This document shows, piece by piece, positions 18,610 through 28,091 of a stretch of 64,000 nucleotides of DNA. A program made the translations under genes and the position numbers. Source of the DNA: SAR86 cluster bacterium REDSEA-S09_B4 (lineage in GTDB: Bacteria; Pseudomonadota; Gammaproteobacteria; Magnimaribacterales; Magnimaribacteraceae); contig LUQU01000003.1 of the NCBI GenBank assembly GCA_001628005.1, positions 14,890 through 78,889 of the forward strand, in the 5' to 3' direction. The notes under the pieces are model-generated. The model was not told the DNA's origin, ran no database searches, and saw nothing but the letters and a program-made list of their open reading frames with translations. Positions within the stretch are counted from its first letter, which is position 1; each line of letters starts with the position of its first letter.

Positions 18610-20055
18610 ATGAAAATTTTGATTAAAACTTTAGTTGTAACAGTTGTAATCAGTCTTATGCCAATTGTTATTAGTGAATTAGCTCCCGAGTATGATGGTT
18701 TTAATCTAGAGGCAGCTGAAGACACTAAAAAGAAGAAGAAAAGAAAAAGAGTCAAACTACCAAGCAAGAAAGCACAAAAGCTTTTACAAACGGTACAGCC
18801 TTTTTTAGAAGAGGAAATGTGGGATGAAGCAATTGAAATGCTTGCTGTCATCGGAACAGATCCCAAGTTTACTGAGACTGATAGAGCTAGAATGCATTGG
18901 TATTTTGGCTACATTTACTTTGCTCAGGAAAAATATGATCTTGCAATTGTTGAATATGAAAACCTCCTCGCGTCTGAAGGCTCAGATTTTAAATTACAGA
19001 ATCAGGCTAGATTTTCTTTGGCTCAACTGGCATTCATTAAAGAAGACTATAGAAAGTCGATTAAATACTTACTTGCGTGGATAGAGGAAGAAGATGAACC
19101 AAGCTCTCAAGGTTACTCTCTAATTGCAACTGCTTATTTTCAGCTAGAAGATTTTAGAAACGCTAAAACCTATATTGAAACAGCTATAGAGCTAGCAGAG
19201 AGCAGAGATATACCCATAAAGGTTATCGATGAAGAGACGGGCGAAGAAGTCGAGACAGGAGAGACCAAGAAAGCTGTGGCTAGAGAAAATGATTATTTAT
19301 TGAAGATAGCTGTCTACAGTGAGCTAAAAGAAGACCTAGATGTCCTTCCAATATATAAGATTCTAGCTGTTAATTTTCCTAAAAAAAGGTATTGGGTAGG
19401 CTTATCCCAGCTTTATGGCCAAAGAGATCAGTTTTTAGATCAATTGGGTGCTCTTGAAGCCGCACACGAAGACAGGTTGTTAGATAAACAAAGAGAATAT
19501 GTGGCCTTAGGTCAGTTGCTGTTTATGCATCAAAATCCTCATAAAGCGGCCCAAGTAATGGAATATGGTTTTAAAAATGATTTTATCAAAGATGAAGAAA
19601 AAACATTAAAAGCCCTAGCTCAATATTGGCATGCTGCTAAAGAATTAAAAAAAGCTAAACCTGCTTATGAGAAGGCAGCAAGTAAGTCTAAAGAAGGAGA
19701 GCTTTACATATTCTTAGGTCAGGTGCACTTTGGCTTAGATGAATTTTCAGGAGCCGAAAAAGCAATTAGAGCAGGAATTAAAAAAGGAAAACTTAAAGAT
19801 GAAGCCAATGCCCATATGCTCCTTGGTCAAGTTCTATTTGAGTATCAAAAATGGGATGAAGCTATTGCTTCCTTTAGAAAGTGTATAGATGTTGCAGAAA
19901 AGCAATATAGCGATAAGAAGGAAGTTCAGAAGAAAAAGAAGAAGAAAATCCAAGACCAAGCTAGGAAATGGATTACCTACACAGAAGGTGAAGAGGAAAG
20001 AGTACAAGCACTTATCTTAAAGAAAAAAGCTTTAGGTCTAGGCTCGGGCTCTTAG
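18610..20055 (+). CDS. TPR-repeat protein (TtpD-like last gene of the TonB2-type cluster)
   Basis: The ORF is open from 18562. I prefer the ATG at 18610 (MKILIKTLVV, signal-like); 18595 is an alternative. It has TPR-like helical repeats and two lysine-rich tracts. Confidence 0.7.
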   Translation: MKILIKTLVVTVVISLMPIVISELAPEYDGFNLEAAEDTKKKKKRKRVKLPSKKAQKLLQTVQPFLEEEMWDEAIEMLAVIGTDPKFTETDRARMHWYFGYIYFAQEKYDLAIVEYENLLASEGSDFKLQNQARFSLAQLAFIKEDYRKSIKYLLAWIEEEDEPSSQGYSLIATAYFQLEDFRNAKTYIETAIELAESRDIPIKVIDEETGEEVETGETKKAVARENDYLLKIAVYSELKEDLDVLPIYKILAVNFPKKRYWVGLSQLYGQRDQFLDQLGALEAAHEDRLLDKQREYVALGQLLFMHQNPHKAAQVMEYGFKNDFIKDEEKTLKALAQYWHAAKELKKAKPAYEKAASKSKEGELYIFLGQVHFGLDEFSGAEKAIRAGIKKGKLKDEANAHMLLGQVLFEYQKWDEAIASFRKCIDVAEKQYSDKKEVQKKKKKKIQDQARKWITYTEGEEERVQALILKKKALGLGSGS

Positions 20056-20059
20056 TAAG

Positions 20060-20542
20060 CTACTTCCTTTTATACTCTAGAAAGCAGTATTTAATATCTT
20101 GATCGAGGTCTCTTTTATCTTGTCTAGATAATTCCTTCCATTCACTTAAATTCCAATTAGGAAAGAAAGCATCTCCTTTAACCTTAATATCAATTTTAGT
20201 TAGATACATCTTTGTTGCGAACGGGAGAAATTCTTCATAGATTTTTTCACCACCTATAATAAATATTTCATCAGAATAAGAAGAAGCTATTTCTAAGGCC
20301 TCCTTTTTATTACTAACTTCTTTTACTCCTTCTAGCTTTTTAGGGTTTTTAGTCATGACTATATTTAGTCTGTTAGGTAATGGTCTTCCTATGGACTCAT
20401 AAGTTTTCCGACCCATTACAACAGAACATCCCTCAGTTTTATGTCTAAAATGCTTTAAGTCCTCTTTTAGAGTCCAAGGGATCTTGCCATCTTTACCAAT
20501 GACCCCTTCTTCAGCAAAAGCAGCTATTAATGATATTTTCAA
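20060..20542 (-). CDS. folA: dihydrofolate reductase
   Basis: 160 aa with DHFR motifs (IGKDGKIPW, VVMGRKTYESI, IGGEKIYEEF). Confidence 0.92.
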   Translation of the reverse strand: MKISLIAAFAEEGVIGKDGKIPWTLKEDLKHFRHKTEGCSVVMGRKTYESIGRPLPNRLNIVMTKNPKKLEGVKEVSNKKEALEIASSYSDEIFIIGGEKIYEEFLPFATKMYLTKIDIKVKGDAFFPNWNLSEWKELSRQDKRDLDQDIKYCFLEYKRK

Positions 20543-20543
20543 T

Positions 20544-21338
20544 TTAAACGGCTATAGGAGCAGAAATATGTGGATGTGATTCATAGTCTTCTAAAGTAAA
20601 GTCTTCATATTCAATATCAAGGATATTTTTTATATCTTTAGTAATACTCATTTTAGGAAGCGGGAAGGGTTTTCTTTTTAATTGTTCATCCACTTGATCA
20701 AGGTGATTTAAGTAAAGGTGTGCATCTCCTAGTGTATGAACAAATTCACCAGGCTTTAACCCGGTTACTTTAGCTATCATTAGCACCAGCAAAGCATAAG
20801 AGGCAATGTTGAAGGGTACACCTAGGAATATGTCTGCACTTCTTTGATATAGCTGACAAGAAAGCTTTCCATCAGCAACATAAAACTGAAACATAGCATG
20901 GCAAGGCGGTAGGGCCATGTTGTCAATTTGAGAAACATTCCAGGCACTTACTATTAGCCTCCTAGAATCTGGATTAGTCTTTATCTGATTAATAACTTCT
21001 GAAATCTGATCTATTGAACTTCCGTCTTGTGTAGGCCAAGACCTCCATTGAGCTCCATAGACGGGTCCAAGTTCACCTCGCTCATCAGCCCACTCATCCC
21101 AAATGCTAACGCCATGTTCGTTTAGGTAATCTACATTAGTAGAGCCCTTTAAAAACCATAAGAGCTCATAGATTATGGACTTAAGATGAACTTTTTTTGT
21201 TGTAACTAAAGGAAAGCCTTCTTCAAGATTAAAACGCATTTGATAACCAAATATACTTAAGGTACCCGTTCCCGTTCTGTCACCTTTCTCAGTTCCAGAC
21301 TCTCGAACATATTTCATTAAATCAAGATATTGTTTCAT
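20544..21338 (-). CDS. thyA: thymidylate synthase (ThyA type)
   Basis: 264 aa, highly conserved (MKQYLDL, DRTGTGT, active-site [26 protein letters not shown]). Confidence 0.96.
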   Translation of the reverse strand: MKQYLDLMKYVRESGTEKGDRTGTGTLSIFGYQMRFNLEEGFPLVTTKKVHLKSIIYELLWFLKGSTNVDYLNEHGVSIWDEWADERGELGPVYGAQWRSWPTQDGSSIDQISEVINQIKTNPDSRRLIVSAWNVSQIDNMALPPCHAMFQFYVADGKLSCQLYQRSADIFLGVPFNIASYALLVLMIAKVTGLKPGEFVHTLGDAHLYLNHLDQVDEQLKRKPFPLPKMSITKDIKNILDIEYEDFTLEDYESHPHISAPIAV

Positions 21339-22113
21339 CCTTTTTTACAACTTTTCTGTATGAATAAAATAATAACATGAGCCCGATTACTATCATTGGA
21401 ATAGAAAGAATCTGCCCCCTAGATATTGATCCAAATAGATCAAAGCCTATATGGGCATCAGGTTCTCTAAAGGCTTCAGTAAAACACCTAATAACTCCAT
21501 AACCAATTAGAAACACAGAAGACACTGCCATATGCGGCCTAGGTTTCTTTGAATACCACAGCATAAATAATAAGAGGACTATACCTTCTCCCACAGCTTG
21601 ATATAACTGGGAGGCATGTCTAACTAACCCCAATGGATCAGAAGGAAAAACAACACCCCAAGATACTTCTGTTGGCCTTCCAAGCAATTCGGAGTTTAAA
21701 AAGTTGCCTATTCTGACAGTGCCAAGCCCTATGGGCACATAAGGCGCTATAAAATCCATGACTTCAAAGAATTTAAAGCCCCACCGTTTACTTAATAGAA
21801 AACAGGATATTAATACTCCTAAAAGGCCTCCATGAAATGACATACCACCCTGCCAAAAATAAAATAGAGAAAGAGGATCTGCTATTAATTGACCGGTATT
21901 ATAGAAAAACATATAACCAGTCCGACCTCCTATAACAGCTCCCAGTAGGCCGTAAAACATTAGATTCTCTAACTGCTCTTTAGAAAATTTGGATAAATTC
22001 CTAGAAGCTAAAAAGTAAATGAGTCCAAAAGCAACAACCCAGGTTATGCCATACCACCTTATGGCAAGAGGACCGACTTGGAATGCAATGGGATCAATTT
22101 CTGGAAGAATCAT
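21322..22113 (-). CDS. lgt: prolipoprotein diacylglyceryl transferase
   Basis: 263 aa with the IRWYG and GGRTGY motifs, in the conserved lgt-thyA arrangement. Confidence 0.92.
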   Translation of the reverse strand: MILPEIDPIAFQVGPLAIRWYGITWVVAFGLIYFLASRNLSKFSKEQLENLMFYGLLGAVIGGRTGYMFFYNTGQLIADPLSLFYFWQGGMSFHGGLLGVLISCFLLSKRWGFKFFEVMDFIAPYVPIGLGTVRIGNFLNSELLGRPTEVSWGVVFPSDPLGLVRHASQLYQAVGEGIVLLLFMLWYSKKPRPHMAVSSVFLIGYGVIRCFTEAFREPDAHIGFDLFGSISRGQILSIPMIVIGLMLLFYSYRKVVKKDETIS

Positions 22114-23861
22114 TATGGCTGTCTTAATCCCTCTACCATTGAAGAAACCTCTTTAGGAGGTGGTGAAGTTAAAGAAGAAACTATCAAAGAAACAGAAACA
22201 TTTATTAACATTCCAATAAAACCTATTCCTTCGGGAGAAATACCAAATAACCAATTGTCAGATGTGTTTAGCTCGGGGGCTAAGAATTTAAAGTAAATGA
22301 TATATCCTGCAGTAAAGATCAAGCCAATAAGCATACCTGCGATAGCACCTTCCTTATTAAGTCTCTTTGAGAATATTCCTAATAGTAAAACTGGAAATAA
22401 AGTAGACGCAGCTAGGCCAAAGGCAAATGCAACAACCTGAGCTACAAAAGCCGGGGGGTAGATGCCAAATAATCCAGCAATTCCTATAGCAAAAGCAGTA
22501 GCTAATCGGCTATACAGTAACTCCTGTTTTTCACTAATTCTAGGCATAAAGGTTTTCTTGAGTAAATCATGAGAAATCGCTGAGGAGATAGTAATTAACA
22601 ATCCAGCAGCAGTAGATAGGGCTGCAGCCACACCCCCTGCGGCAACTAATGCGATCACCCAAAAAGGCAGCTTGGCTATTTCAGGATTAGCTAAGACAAT
22701 AATATCTCTATCAATATAAACCTCATTTTCATTACTAAAGTCTGGTTCGTTTAAAACCAGCCTCTCTCCGGAGCTTCCTTCTCCGTCAATATAAACAGGT
22801 TTAATCCCATCAAGCGCATTTCCAGAAGAATACCGGATCAAACCATCCGAGTTTTTATCTTTCCAAGCTATAAGTCCGATAGTTTCCCAATTTTGAAACC
22901 ACTGAGGTGAATTGGAATATTCTGTATCCTGAATAGAGTCTATTAGGTTCATTCTGGCAAAAGCAGATACGGCAGGAGCGGTGGTGTATAGAAGTGCAAT
23001 AAAGATTAAGGCATAACCGGCTGATTTTCTAGCAGCTCTAAAGCTAGGGACTGTGAAGAACCTTACTATGACATGAGGGAGGCCTGCTGTTCCCACCATT
23101 AAGGCAGCCGTAATGCAGAAAACATCTATTTTACTTTTGGTATTTTCAGTATAGGCAGTGAAGCCTAAGTCTGTCGTGACCTTATCTAGCTTATCTAGTA
23201 AGAACTCAGGACTTCCGGCTAATGTACTCCCAAAACCCAATTGGGGTATCGGGTTATTTGTCATTATTATTGAAATATAAATGGCAGGTACAAGATAAGC
23301 AAAAATTAAAACTGTGTATTGAGCTACTTGAGTGTAAGTTATTCCTTTCATGCCCCCCCAAACGGCGTAAACAAAAACAATCCCCATTCCTATAAGAACG
23401 CCCAGGTTTATATCTACCTCAAGGAAGCGAGAAAAGACTATACCCACGCCCCTCATCTGTCCGGCAATATAGGTAAAAGAAATAAAGATTAGGCATAAAA
23501 CAGCAACCACTCTTGCTGTATTTGAGTAATACCTTTCGCCAATAAAGTCAGGTACGGTAAATTGTCCAAATTTTCTTAAATACGGTGCAAGAAGCAGGGC
23601 CAACAACACATATCCTCCGGTCCAACCCATAAGATAAACAGACCCATCTTTACCAAGAAAAGCTATTAATCCAGCCATAGATAAGAAGGATGCCGCAGAC
23701 ATCCAGTCAGCTGCTGTGGCCATGCCGTTTACTATGGGGTTGACACCTTTTCCAGCAACATAAAAATCAGAAGTGGATTGGGCTCTGGATTTGAAGGCAA
23801 TTAAAATATAAATGGCAAAGCTCATGCCCACCATTACAAAAGTCCATTCTTGAACTGTCAT
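22113..23861 (-). CDS. sodium:solute symporter family transporter (ActP-like cation/acetate symporter type)
   Basis: 582-aa polytopic SSS-family sequence, translationally coupled to the DUF4212 small subunit gene upstream. Confidence 0.85.
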   Translation of the reverse strand: MTVQEWTFVMVGMSFAIYILIAFKSRAQSTSDFYVAGKGVNPIVNGMATAADWMSAASFLSMAGLIAFLGKDGSVYLMGWTGGYVLLALLLAPYLRKFGQFTVPDFIGERYYSNTARVVAVLCLIFISFTYIAGQMRGVGIVFSRFLEVDINLGVLIGMGIVFVYAVWGGMKGITYTQVAQYTVLIFAYLVPAIYISIIMTNNPIPQLGFGSTLAGSPEFLLDKLDKVTTDLGFTAYTENTKSKIDVFCITAALMVGTAGLPHVIVRFFTVPSFRAARKSAGYALIFIALLYTTAPAVSAFARMNLIDSIQDTEYSNSPQWFQNWETIGLIAWKDKNSDGLIRYSSGNALDGIKPVYIDGEGSSGERLVLNEPDFSNENEVYIDRDIIVLANPEIAKLPFWVIALVAAGGVAAALSTAAGLLITISSAISHDLLKKTFMPRISEKQELLYSRLATAFAIGIAGLFGIYPPAFVAQVVAFAFGLAASTLFPVLLLGIFSKRLNKEGAIAGMLIGLIFTAGYIIYFKFLAPELNTSDNWLFGISPEGIGFIGMLINVSVSLIVSSLTSPPPKEVSSMVEGLRQP

Positions 23862-24115
23862 TAGGAGTCCTTTTTGTCTCTCTCTGCAGAAACCTTCTTA
23901 TCTAGTCTGCCCATCAGGAAAACATAGGTAAAGATGAGGAGTATAAAGACATAAATACTTCCTTGTTGTGCGAACCAGAAGCCTAATTTAAAGCCACCAA
24001 TCCTAAATTGATCTAACCAATCAGAAAGTAGAATGCCAAAACCAAAGGAAACAATAAACCAAATAGTTAAAAGGCAAAATAATATTTTAAGATTAGCTTT
24101 CCAGTAGTAATCCAT
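23861..24115 (-). CDS. DUF4212 small membrane protein (putative solute:sodium symporter small subunit)
   Basis: 84 aa with two TM segments, immediately upstream of and overlapping the SSS transporter gene. This is the characteristic pairing. Confidence 0.7.
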   Translation of the reverse strand: MDYYWKANLKILFCLLTIWFIVSFGFGILLSDWLDQFRIGGFKLGFWFAQQGSIYVFILLIFTYVFLMGRLDKKVSAERDKKDS

Positions 24116-24125
24116 TAACTAAATT

Positions 24126-24953
24126 TTATCTTAGAAGTAAGTTAAGTCCCATAATCAATAATAGTACTGCAAAACCTAACCTTAGCTTTTTTTGTTTTAT
24201 TCTGTGAGCCGCTCTAACTCCCACTATAGCGCTCCATGCGCTAGCTAATCCCACTACGATGGCTGCCGGAAGATATACATAACCCACTGAAAAATCAGGG
24301 AGGTTTGAAATACTTGATCCCACGATCATGTACGAAATTGAACCAGAAAAAGCTATAGGGATACCGCAGGCCGCTGATGTACCAATGGCTTGTTTCATTT
24401 GCAAACCCCTATGATAAAAATAAGGTACAGAAAATACGCCTCCACCGATTCCAAAAATTCCGGAAAACCATCCTATGCCGCTCCCGACAACAACGGGGCC
24501 CATCACACTAGTTTTAGGGTTCTGTGAAGGCGGAGGAAATTCAAAAGCCATCTGAATAGATATTAAAACCAAAAAGATAGCCACGAGAACTTGGAGTGTA
24601 GAGCTAGCAATATAACTTGCAGTCAATGCTCCAAGGGCAGCACCTAAGCAAATACTCGGAACTATTACCCTTAGGACACTCCGGATAACAGCTTTTCGTT
24701 TATTGTGAGAATAAGTAGAAGCCAAAGAACTAAAAGCTATAACACCCAAAGAACTACCCAAAACTGTATGTGCTAAGGCTTCTTCAGGGACCCCGACTAT
24801 ATTTTTAAAAATAGCAAAAAAAACTGGGATAATAATAATCCCTCCTCCTATCCCAAAGAGTCCTGCTAAAATACCGGAAAAAATTCCCAGCAAGAAATAT
24901 AAAAAAAGTTCTACTAACACGAAAGAAAAGTCATTATCGCTTATAGCCGACAT
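24126..24953 (-). CDS. TauE/SafE family sulfite/anion exporter (DUF81)
   Basis: 275-aa polytopic protein with duplicated GxGGG motifs (GIGGGIIIIP, GIGGGVFSVP). Confidence 0.8.
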   Translation of the reverse strand: MSAISDNDFSFVLVELFLYFLLGIFSGILAGLFGIGGGIIIIPVFFAIFKNIVGVPEEALAHTVLGSSLGVIAFSSLASTYSHNKRKAVIRSVLRVIVPSICLGAALGALTASYIASSTLQVLVAIFLVLISIQMAFEFPPPSQNPKTSVMGPVVVGSGIGWFSGIFGIGGGVFSVPYFYHRGLQMKQAIGTSAACGIPIAFSGSISYMIVGSSISNLPDFSVGYVYLPAAIVVGLASAWSAIVGVRAAHRIKQKKLRLGFAVLLLIMGLNLLLR

Positions 24954-24998
24954 AATAAGAACCAGAAATTAAGTTCATTAAAAAATTTTTAGTACCAG

Positions 24999-25766
24999 AT
25001 GTGTTTAATAGTTTTTTCTTATCAAGAAACTAAAGAAAACTCAAAAGCTTTTCCAGGGTCCTTAATCTTGGCAGCCAATAGAGATGAGTATTATGAAAGA
25101 CCCACCAAGAATATGCATTGGTGGGAGGCAAAAGGAGTTCTTGCTGGCAAGGACTTACAGGCGGGAGGAACTTGGTTAGGCGTATCCGATGATGGAAGAT
25201 TTGCCGCAATAACAAACTACAAGGAACTTACTAGTGGAGGGGGAGACCTAAAATCTAGAGGAGAACTTGTATCTAATTATATTACCTCCAAGGAGGTATC
25301 TTCTAAAGAGTATCTAAAAAGAATTAAAGGAACAAATTATGCAGGTTTCAATTTATTGTTGGGAGATAGGGAGGGTATCTATTACATCTCAAATAGAAGA
25401 GAAGGTATAGATAAACTTGAACCCGGAATCCATGCAGTAGGTAATTCACTACTAAATTCACAAACAAAAAAATCTATAAAAATTAAGAATCAATTTAAGG
25501 AGCTCTTACAAACCAATCCAGACGAAAATGCACTATTAGAATTTATGGGGGGAGACTCAGGTGACTTATCTAATCTTGATATGACTGGATTTAAAGAAAC
25601 TGAACATGAAGAAATACCTTATAGGTTTATTAAGTCTGATTATTATGGGACTCGTAACACAACGATAATTAGTATTAACGAGAAAGGTGGATATAAGATT
25701 TCAGAACAGAATTTTTCTGAAAATGGAAAAAAATTAGAAAAAAACTCTTTCCAATTTAAGCTTTGA
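24999..25766 (+). CDS. NRDE family protein (TANGO2/DUF833-like)
   Basis: 255 aa with an N-terminal MCLIVF and the eponymous AANRDE motif. Confidence 0.75.
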   Translation: MCLIVFSYQETKENSKAFPGSLILAANRDEYYERPTKNMHWWEAKGVLAGKDLQAGGTWLGVSDDGRFAAITNYKELTSGGGDLKSRGELVSNYITSKEVSSKEYLKRIKGTNYAGFNLLLGDREGIYYISNRREGIDKLEPGIHAVGNSLLNSQTKKSIKIKNQFKELLQTNPDENALLEFMGGDSGDLSNLDMTGFKETEHEEIPYRFIKSDYYGTRNTTIISINEKGGYKISEQNFSENGKKLEKNSFQFKL

Positions 25767-25768
25767 AT

Positions 25769-27580
25769 TTAATTTCCTTCGCATACAGGGTCTTTATTTG
25801 GAAAATATTTACATATTTTTATTGATCCATCGGGTTTTGTTATTTCAAATTCCCCGTACCTTTTACCGTTTGACCAATTTCCAAGATAAGAAGTTCCGCT
25901 TTTTGTGGTAAAGGTTCCTAATCCTTGTGCTTTTCCGTCAGCCCATTGACCATCGTACTTTGAGCCATTTGCATAATACATAACGCCATGTCCTTGTTGC
26001 TCATCAAAGTCAAATTCTCCTTCATAGCTAGATCCATCCTCGTATATCTGTAAGCCTTTTAACCTAGCACCAAAACTGAATTCACCCACATAAGAAGAGT
26101 CGGCACAAGTTAATTTACCCATCCCATGGATTCTATCTGAAACCCAATTGCCTTCATAAGTGCAATCATTTTCTTTAAAGACACCGGAACCAGACCTCAA
26201 ACCAAAACTCATGCCCCCTTTATAAGAGGTCTTATTATCTTGAGAGAGGCAATCTAAATCTTTACTTGAAAGATTTGAAGTCCAATTTCCAGTACATTTC
26301 AATCCATTACTAAAAGTTAATATACCTTTACCAGATGTCTTGTTATCAGCCCACATACCTGAATAGATAGACCCATCCTTACTTTGAAAATTACCCTTTC
26401 CATGTCTCTTCCCTTTCTTCCATTCACCGGAGTAAGTACTACCATCAAGCTCTTTGGATTTGCCTATCCCATGGGGAGCATCATTTTTGAACTCTCCCTC
26501 ATAAATTATCCCGCTTTCCAATGTGAGCTTGCCTTTACCCTCATACCTAAAATTTACGAAATCTCCTTCGTACTTCTTTCCTTTTTTAAAAGTTAACACC
26601 CCAACACCATGCCATTTATCGTTTTTCCATTCTCCTTCATATATTCTTCCATCCTCATAGAAGTGCGTGCCATATCCATTTGCAGTTCCATTAACCCAGC
26701 TTCCAGAATACTTTTCTCCATCTGGATAAACTAAAGTCCCCTGTCCATTACGGAACTGATGTTGGAATTTACCTCTGTAAGTTGCTCCATCATTAAAATC
26801 AAAGAAACCCTCACCATGAAAAGCTCCATCTAAGAAAGGGCCTTTATAGTATGACCCGTCAGGATAGGAGATCTTGCCAATACAATAGCTCCAAGGAACT
26901 CTTTTTGATTTTGGACAATTAGGCATTTTTGATTGGTCATCTATTTTTTTAAAAACCATACCCCCTGTTTCAGGTGGATGCCCGTGTTTAGTTAAAATCT
27001 TGTCCCACTGATCTTCAATATAATCATTAAATTTATTTGAGCCTATAAACTTTGTTAACTTTCTTTGATAAGAATTATTTTTACCCAAAGTAACCATTTC
27101 ATCTAAAAATTCCTCCATTCCTTCTACTTGATAAAAGTACTCAATTTCATCCCAATCACTTTCTGCTGATATCTTGTGTTGAGGTAAATTTTCATGTAAA
27201 TAACGTATCTCTTCTTCGGTGAACGATTTTTTGAACTTCTGGTTACATTTTTTTTCTTGGGCAATAAGAATATTTCCTGTTCCCCCAACTTTATCCATCA
27301 TTACAGCCTCTAATTCTTGATAAGCGTCCAATAGTTCCCAGCTTCTAATGAGGATATTTGCCCAAACAAAAGGAATATCTCTTAGATCTTCATGCATGTG
27401 CCTTCCTCTTTCAAGGCTCATAAAATCATATAAGGAAACTATTTTGAAATAAAAGAAATGACACATTTCTCGAGTTTGTTGTTCTAGGGAAGCAGGGGAA
27501 GGTTTTTCTTCAGAAAAATTTAAGGAACTAAATATAAGAAAGATTAAACAAAGAGCTACTCTTAACTTTTTCAGAAACAT
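25769..27580 (-). CDS. secreted MORN-repeat protein
   Basis: 603 aa with a signal peptide. An N-terminal region of about 230 aa belongs to no family I recognise. It is followed by many tandem YxGxWxxGxxHGxG MORN units (for example YEGEWKNDKWHGVG, YSGEWKKGKRHGKG). Confidence 0.8.
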   Translation of the reverse strand: MFLKKLRVALCLIFLIFSSLNFSEEKPSPASLEQQTREMCHFFYFKIVSLYDFMSLERGRHMHEDLRDIPFVWANILIRSWELLDAYQELEAVMMDKVGGTGNILIAQEKKCNQKFKKSFTEEEIRYLHENLPQHKISAESDWDEIEYFYQVEGMEEFLDEMVTLGKNNSYQRKLTKFIGSNKFNDYIEDQWDKILTKHGHPPETGGMVFKKIDDQSKMPNCPKSKRVPWSYCIGKISYPDGSYYKGPFLDGAFHGEGFFDFNDGATYRGKFQHQFRNGQGTLVYPDGEKYSGSWVNGTANGYGTHFYEDGRIYEGEWKNDKWHGVGVLTFKKGKKYEGDFVNFRYEGKGKLTLESGIIYEGEFKNDAPHGIGKSKELDGSTYSGEWKKGKRHGKGNFQSKDGSIYSGMWADNKTSGKGILTFSNGLKCTGNWTSNLSSKDLDCLSQDNKTSYKGGMSFGLRSGSGVFKENDCTYEGNWVSDRIHGMGKLTCADSSYVGEFSFGARLKGLQIYEDGSSYEGEFDFDEQQGHGVMYYANGSKYDGQWADGKAQGLGTFTTKSGTSYLGNWSNGKRYGEFEITKPDGSIKICKYFPNKDPVCEGN

Positions 27581-27586
27581 AAATAT

Positions 27587-28069
27587 TCACTTAATCTTAT
27601 TATATTCAGGCAGGATTTCAAAGAGAGCTCGCCTATAAACCTCTTTTTTAAAAGGGACTACTGTTTTTAAGGGGTACCAGTAAGTTGACCAGATCCATTT
27701 ATCAAATTCCATTGGCCTGGAGGCTTGGAGGTTTATCTTAGTATCGTTAGAAATCAATCTAGCTAAAAACCATTTTTGTTTTTGACCCCTGTAAACATTT
27801 CTTCTGAAATACTTAGGCCTTTTATCTCTCGGTACGTCGTACTTAAACCAACTCTTTGTCTCGAATATAATCTCAATATCTTGTTCTTCTAGACCCACTT
27901 CTTCCTTAGTCTCCCTAAGAACTGCTTCAAGGGGAGACTCTCCCCGGTCTATACCACCTTGAGGAAACTGCCATCCATCGTGGTCAATTCTCTGACACCA
28001 TAAGACCTTATTCAAAGGTCCTACAATCACAGCCGCTACGCAAGGCCTATATTCTTCTTCTGAAGACAA
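27587..28069 (-). CDS. rppH: RNA pyrophosphohydrolase RppH (Nudix)
   Basis: 160 aa with a Nudix box (GGIDRGESPLEAVLRETKEEVGL) and RppH-like flanks. Confidence 0.88.
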   Translation of the reverse strand: MSSEEEYRPCVAAVIVGPLNKVLWCQRIDHDGWQFPQGGIDRGESPLEAVLRETKEEVGLEEQDIEIIFETKSWFKYDVPRDKRPKYFRRNVYRGQKQKWFLARLISNDTKINLQASRPMEFDKWIWSTYWYPLKTVVPFKKEVYRRALFEILPEYNKIK

Positions 28070-28091
28070 CTTTTGTTAACTCCAATATTTT

